Below are positions 60,296 to 64,000 of a stretch of 64,000 nt of DNA, piece after piece. Source of the stretch: Mobula hypostoma (Eukaryota); contig NC_086097.1 of assembly GCF_963921235.1 (NCBI RefSeq), positions 58,840,001 to 58,904,000 of the forward strand, read 5' to 3'. Within the stretch, counting starts at the first letter, position 1; the number at the start of each line of letters is the position of its first letter. A model generated the notes under the pieces. It saw only the letters and a program-made list of their open reading frames with translations. It ran no database searches and had not been told where the DNA came from. Position numbers and translations under genes: made by a program.

Positions 60296-61919
60296 CTATG
60301 AAGCAACAAAGTACCACTAAGTGAGCAATAAAGGGAAGTTAGATTATGAAAATAAGATAGTACAAAATATAAAAATGGATTGTAAAAGTTCTTATAATTA
60401 TATAAAGCAGAAAATGGTGGTTAAAGTGAATGTAGGTTCCTTGGAGGATGAGAAGGGGGAATTGATATTGGGTAATGAGGAAATGGCCGAGGTTTGAATG
60501 ACTATTTTGTGTCTTTCTTCATGGTGGAGGACACATCTATCATGCCAAGAGTGATGTTATGGATGCGATGGGAGGTGAGGACCTCAATACAATAGCTATC
60601 ACTAAAGAGGTAGTGCTGAGCAAACTTGTGGGCCTGAAGATACATAATCCCCTGGTCCTGCTGGAATGCATCCCAGGATACTGAAAGAAATGACAGAAGT
60701 TATAGTAGAGGCTTTGGTGATAATTTACCTTAATTCTCTGGACTCTGGGCAGGTCCCAACAGATTAGGAGACAGCGAATGCCATGCCACTGTTCAGAAAA
60801 GGATGTAGGCAAAAAGCGGGGAACTACAGGACAGTTAGTTTAACATCTGTAGTTGGGAAAATGTTTGAAGCTGTCATTAAAGAAGAAATAGTGAGGCATC
60901 TGGAAAGAAATGGATCCATCAGGCAGACGCAGCATGAATTCAGCAAAGGCAGGTCTATTTGACAAACTTACTGGAGTTCTTTGAGGGTATAGCAAGAGCA
61001 GTGGATAGAGGGGAACAGATGGACATTATTTATTTGGATTTCCAGAAGGCACAGCATAAAAGACTTATCCATAAGATAAGGATGCATAGAGTTGGGGATG
61101 ACGTACTAGTATGGATAGAGGGTTGGTTAACTAATAGAAAGCAGAGTTGGGATACATGAATGTTACTCTGGTTGGCAATAAGTGGTGAGTGGTGTGTCGC
61201 AGGGGTCGGTGCTGGGCCTGCAACTGTTCACAATATACATTAACGATCTGGAAGAGGGGACCAAGTGTAGTGTATGCTAAGTTTGCTGATGACACTAAAC
61301 TGAGTGGGAAAGCAAATTGTGCAGAAGATACGGAGAATCTGCAGAGAGATATAGATGGGCTAAGTGAGTGGGCAATGGTCAGGAAAATGGAGTACCATGT
61401 TGGTAAATGCGAGGTCATCCACTTTGGAAGGAAAAAAGAAACAGATTATTATTTAAGTGGCAAAAAAATTGCGGCATACTTCTGTGCAGAGGGACTTGGA
61501 AGTGCTCGTGCATGAATCACAGAAGTTTGGTTTGCAGGTGCAGCAGGCTATCAAAAAGGCAAATGGAATGCTGGCCTTCCTTACTAGAGTTATTGAATTT
61601 AAGAGAAGGGAGGTTATGCTGCAACTGTACAGGGTACTGGTGAGGCTGCACCTGGAGAAATGCATGCAGTTTGGTCTCCTTACTTGAAGGAATTACTGGC
61701 TCTGGAGGCAGTGCAGAGGAGGTTCACCAGGTTGATTCCAGAGGTGAGGGGGTTAGACTAGGAGGAGAGATTGAGTCGCCTAGGACAGTTCTCACTGGAA
61801 TTCAGAAGAGTGGGAGGAGATCTTATGGAAACATATAAAATTATGAAAGGGATAGATAAGATAGAGACAGTAAAGTTGTTTCCGCTGGTAGGTGAGACTA
61901 GCTCTAGGGGACAAGATCC

Positions 61920-62585
61920 AGGGATGAGGGGGGTTGGGCTTTGAGGAGAGATACTCAAAGCTGCTACAGAGGTTGACTCTGTGGTTAAGAAGGCATACGG
62001 TGCATTTGCCTTCGTCAACCGTGGGATTGAGTTTAAGAGCTGAGAGGTAATATTACAACTATTTAGGACCCTGGTCAAACCCCACTTGGAGTACTGTGCT
62101 CAGTTCTGGTCACCTCACTACAAGAAGGATGTGGAAACTATAGAAAGGGTGGAGAGGAGAATTACAAGGATGTTGCCTGGATTGGGGAGCATGCCTTATG
62201 AGAATAGATTGAATAAACTCAGACTTTTCTCCTTGGAGAGACGGAGGATGAGAGGTGACCTGATAGAGGTGGATAAGATGATGAGAGGCATTGATCGTGG
62301 GGATAGTCAGAGGCTTTTTCCAGGGTTGAAATGGCTAACACAAGAGGGCACAGTTTTAAGGTGATTGGAAGAAGGTGCAGAGGAGATGTCAGGGATAATT
62401 TTTTTACACAGAGTTGTGAGTGCATGGAATAGGCTGCTGGCGATGGTGGTGGAGGTGGATATGACAGGGTCCTTTAAGAGACACCTGGACAGGTACATGG
62501 AGCTTAGAAAAATAGAGCAAGTACATGTTTGGCATAGCATTGTGGGCCGAAGGGCCTGTATTGTGCTGTGAGTTTTCTCTGTTTC
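61920..62585 (+). mobile_element. Second CR1 3' fragment (different subfamily)
   Basis: Repeats the EYCAQFWSPHYKKDVETIERVERR...SLERRRMRGDLIEV region already passed at 61650-61900. Confidence 0.85.
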
Positions 62586-63139
62586 TATTCCACCATGATG
62601 CACACCAACATCCCCTTAGGTCCCTTAATGATGGCCCGTTCCGAGTTTTCGAATAGAGAGAAAAGACTTTTATCAGAGATAGGAGTGGTAAACCTGAATG
62701 TGTTTCGGTAGATCGCCTTAAACGGGCTCACAAAAACTTGAAGAATTCTGCTACCGAGCCCCTGCCACCAAGACATGACCATGAGTGTGTCAACACCCCT
62801 CTGGACAAGCCAGCAGCTTCTGCTGTTCCTTCACTCCTGGAACATAGGACTCAGACCGAGCGGCTTATTGGAGCTCCAGACAGATTCACAATGCCAGTTC
62901 TAGTGAATTCTGAGGGTACCTATGTAGGGTAATGTAATTGTTGGAAATGTATATAATTCACAGCCTCCGATGTTGAGTTGGGATTCACTTTAAGAGGCTG
63001 GTGTGACGTAATGATGAATTACTGTGAAGCTCTGCTGCTGCGCTTTTTGTGTTCAGTGTTTGGAGTACAAATAAACAAATTGTTACCGTTTTTCTTTAAC
63101 ATGAAATGCCTCCGCTGCTTTTATTTTCAAAAACCTACA
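62586..63139 (+). mobile_element. Gypsy integrase C-terminus plus 3' LTR (62923-63139), possibly the continuation of 54410-56030
   Basis: GKPECVSVDRLKRAH near 62690; LTR with inverted ends tgtagg...cctaca and an internal aataaa. Confidence 0.75.
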
Positions 63140-64000
63140 CTGTACACCTCCTTGTCACTATCTGAGATTCTGCCAACAGCTGTGGGTCATAGGTGAATGA
63201 CAGCTTTTGAGCTGTGCCTCAGCACAAAATCATGAGTGCAGAGAGAATCAAGCATTGTGCTAAACAAGCACCCTTGTTGATTGTCAGTGAGGAGGTGTTA
63301 TTTCTGATCTGCACTGACTGTGGTCACCCGATGAGGAAATCATGGTCCAATGCCAGAGAGAGGTATAAAGGCCAAGATTTTGATTAGTACTGAAGGGATG
63401 ATGTTATTGAATGCTGAGCTATAATAAGTAAACAGCAGCCTGACGTATTGCTGTTGTCCGTGTAGTCCAAGGATGAAATAGAGAGCCAGTGAGATTACAC
63501 CCACTCGAGACCTGTTGTGGGAATAGGCAAATTGAAATGGGTCCAGGTCCTTGCTCAGGTAGGGCTTAAATCTAGCTATGACTAACCCCTCAAAGCATTC
63601 ATCACAGTAGATGTGAGTGCTACTGGGTGAAAGACATTGGGGCAGCTCAACCTGCTGTTCCTGGGCACTGATTGATGTCCTTTTGAAGCAGGTAGGAATC
63701 TCTGACTGCAGCAATGAGAGGTTGAAGATGTCCTTGAACACTCCAGCCAGCTGGTTGGCACAGGTTTTCAGTACTCTGCCAGATACCATCAGGGTCTGAT
63801 GCCTTGCAAGGGAAGCTTTACCCACTTGAAAGATGTTCTGATGCCGGCTTCTGAGAAAGATATCACAGGATCACCAGATGCTTCAGGGACTCACACAGGT
63901 ATTGTTCTATTCTCCCTTCCAAAGTAGGCATAAGAAGCATTGAGCTCATCAGGAAATGAATCATCACTGCCATTATGATGTTAGGTTTTGGCTCATAAGT
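63140..64000 (-). mobile_element. Rex1/Babar RT fragment
   Basis: [50 protein letters not shown]. Confidence 0.88.

Larger units (their letters stand above)
56060..61915 (+). mobile_element. Essentially full-length degenerate CR1 (5' UTR, ORF1, ORF2) with two nested insertions
   Basis: ORF1 zinc finger CCSCMMWEL...HICSKC, LSNRFEIL and esterase VVIGDSVVRG; ORF2 LYLNARSIQNK through [11 protein letters not shown]. Confidence 0.9.

Overview
This is repeat-dense, AT-rich vertebrate genomic DNA, not prokaryotic. The CR1, Rex1/Babar, Penelope and V-SINE-like mix suggests a cartilaginous fish such as a ray or shark (inference). I could not identify a host protein-coding gene, so the window is probably intronic or intergenic. 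It is a nested set of transposons: many CR1 LINEs (one with a 942-aa EN-RT ORF), Rex1/Babar LINE fragments, Penelope-like elements (PLEs) carrying minimal hammerhead ribozymes, a Hero-type fragment, a 5'-inverted L1, Tc1/mariner elements, and Gypsy remnants including a solo LTR. The standout is a compact 2.14-kb LTR element at 40601-42740 with paired 199-bp LTRs, PBS, PPT and a 5-bp TSD. Its pol is replaced by fragments resembling three unrelated host genes (RABEP1 coiled coil, SH3KBP1/CIN85 C-terminal coiled coil, SLU7 Lys-rich segment), joined in frame to Gag and to each other. All protein similarities are my recognition from memory, not database searches.
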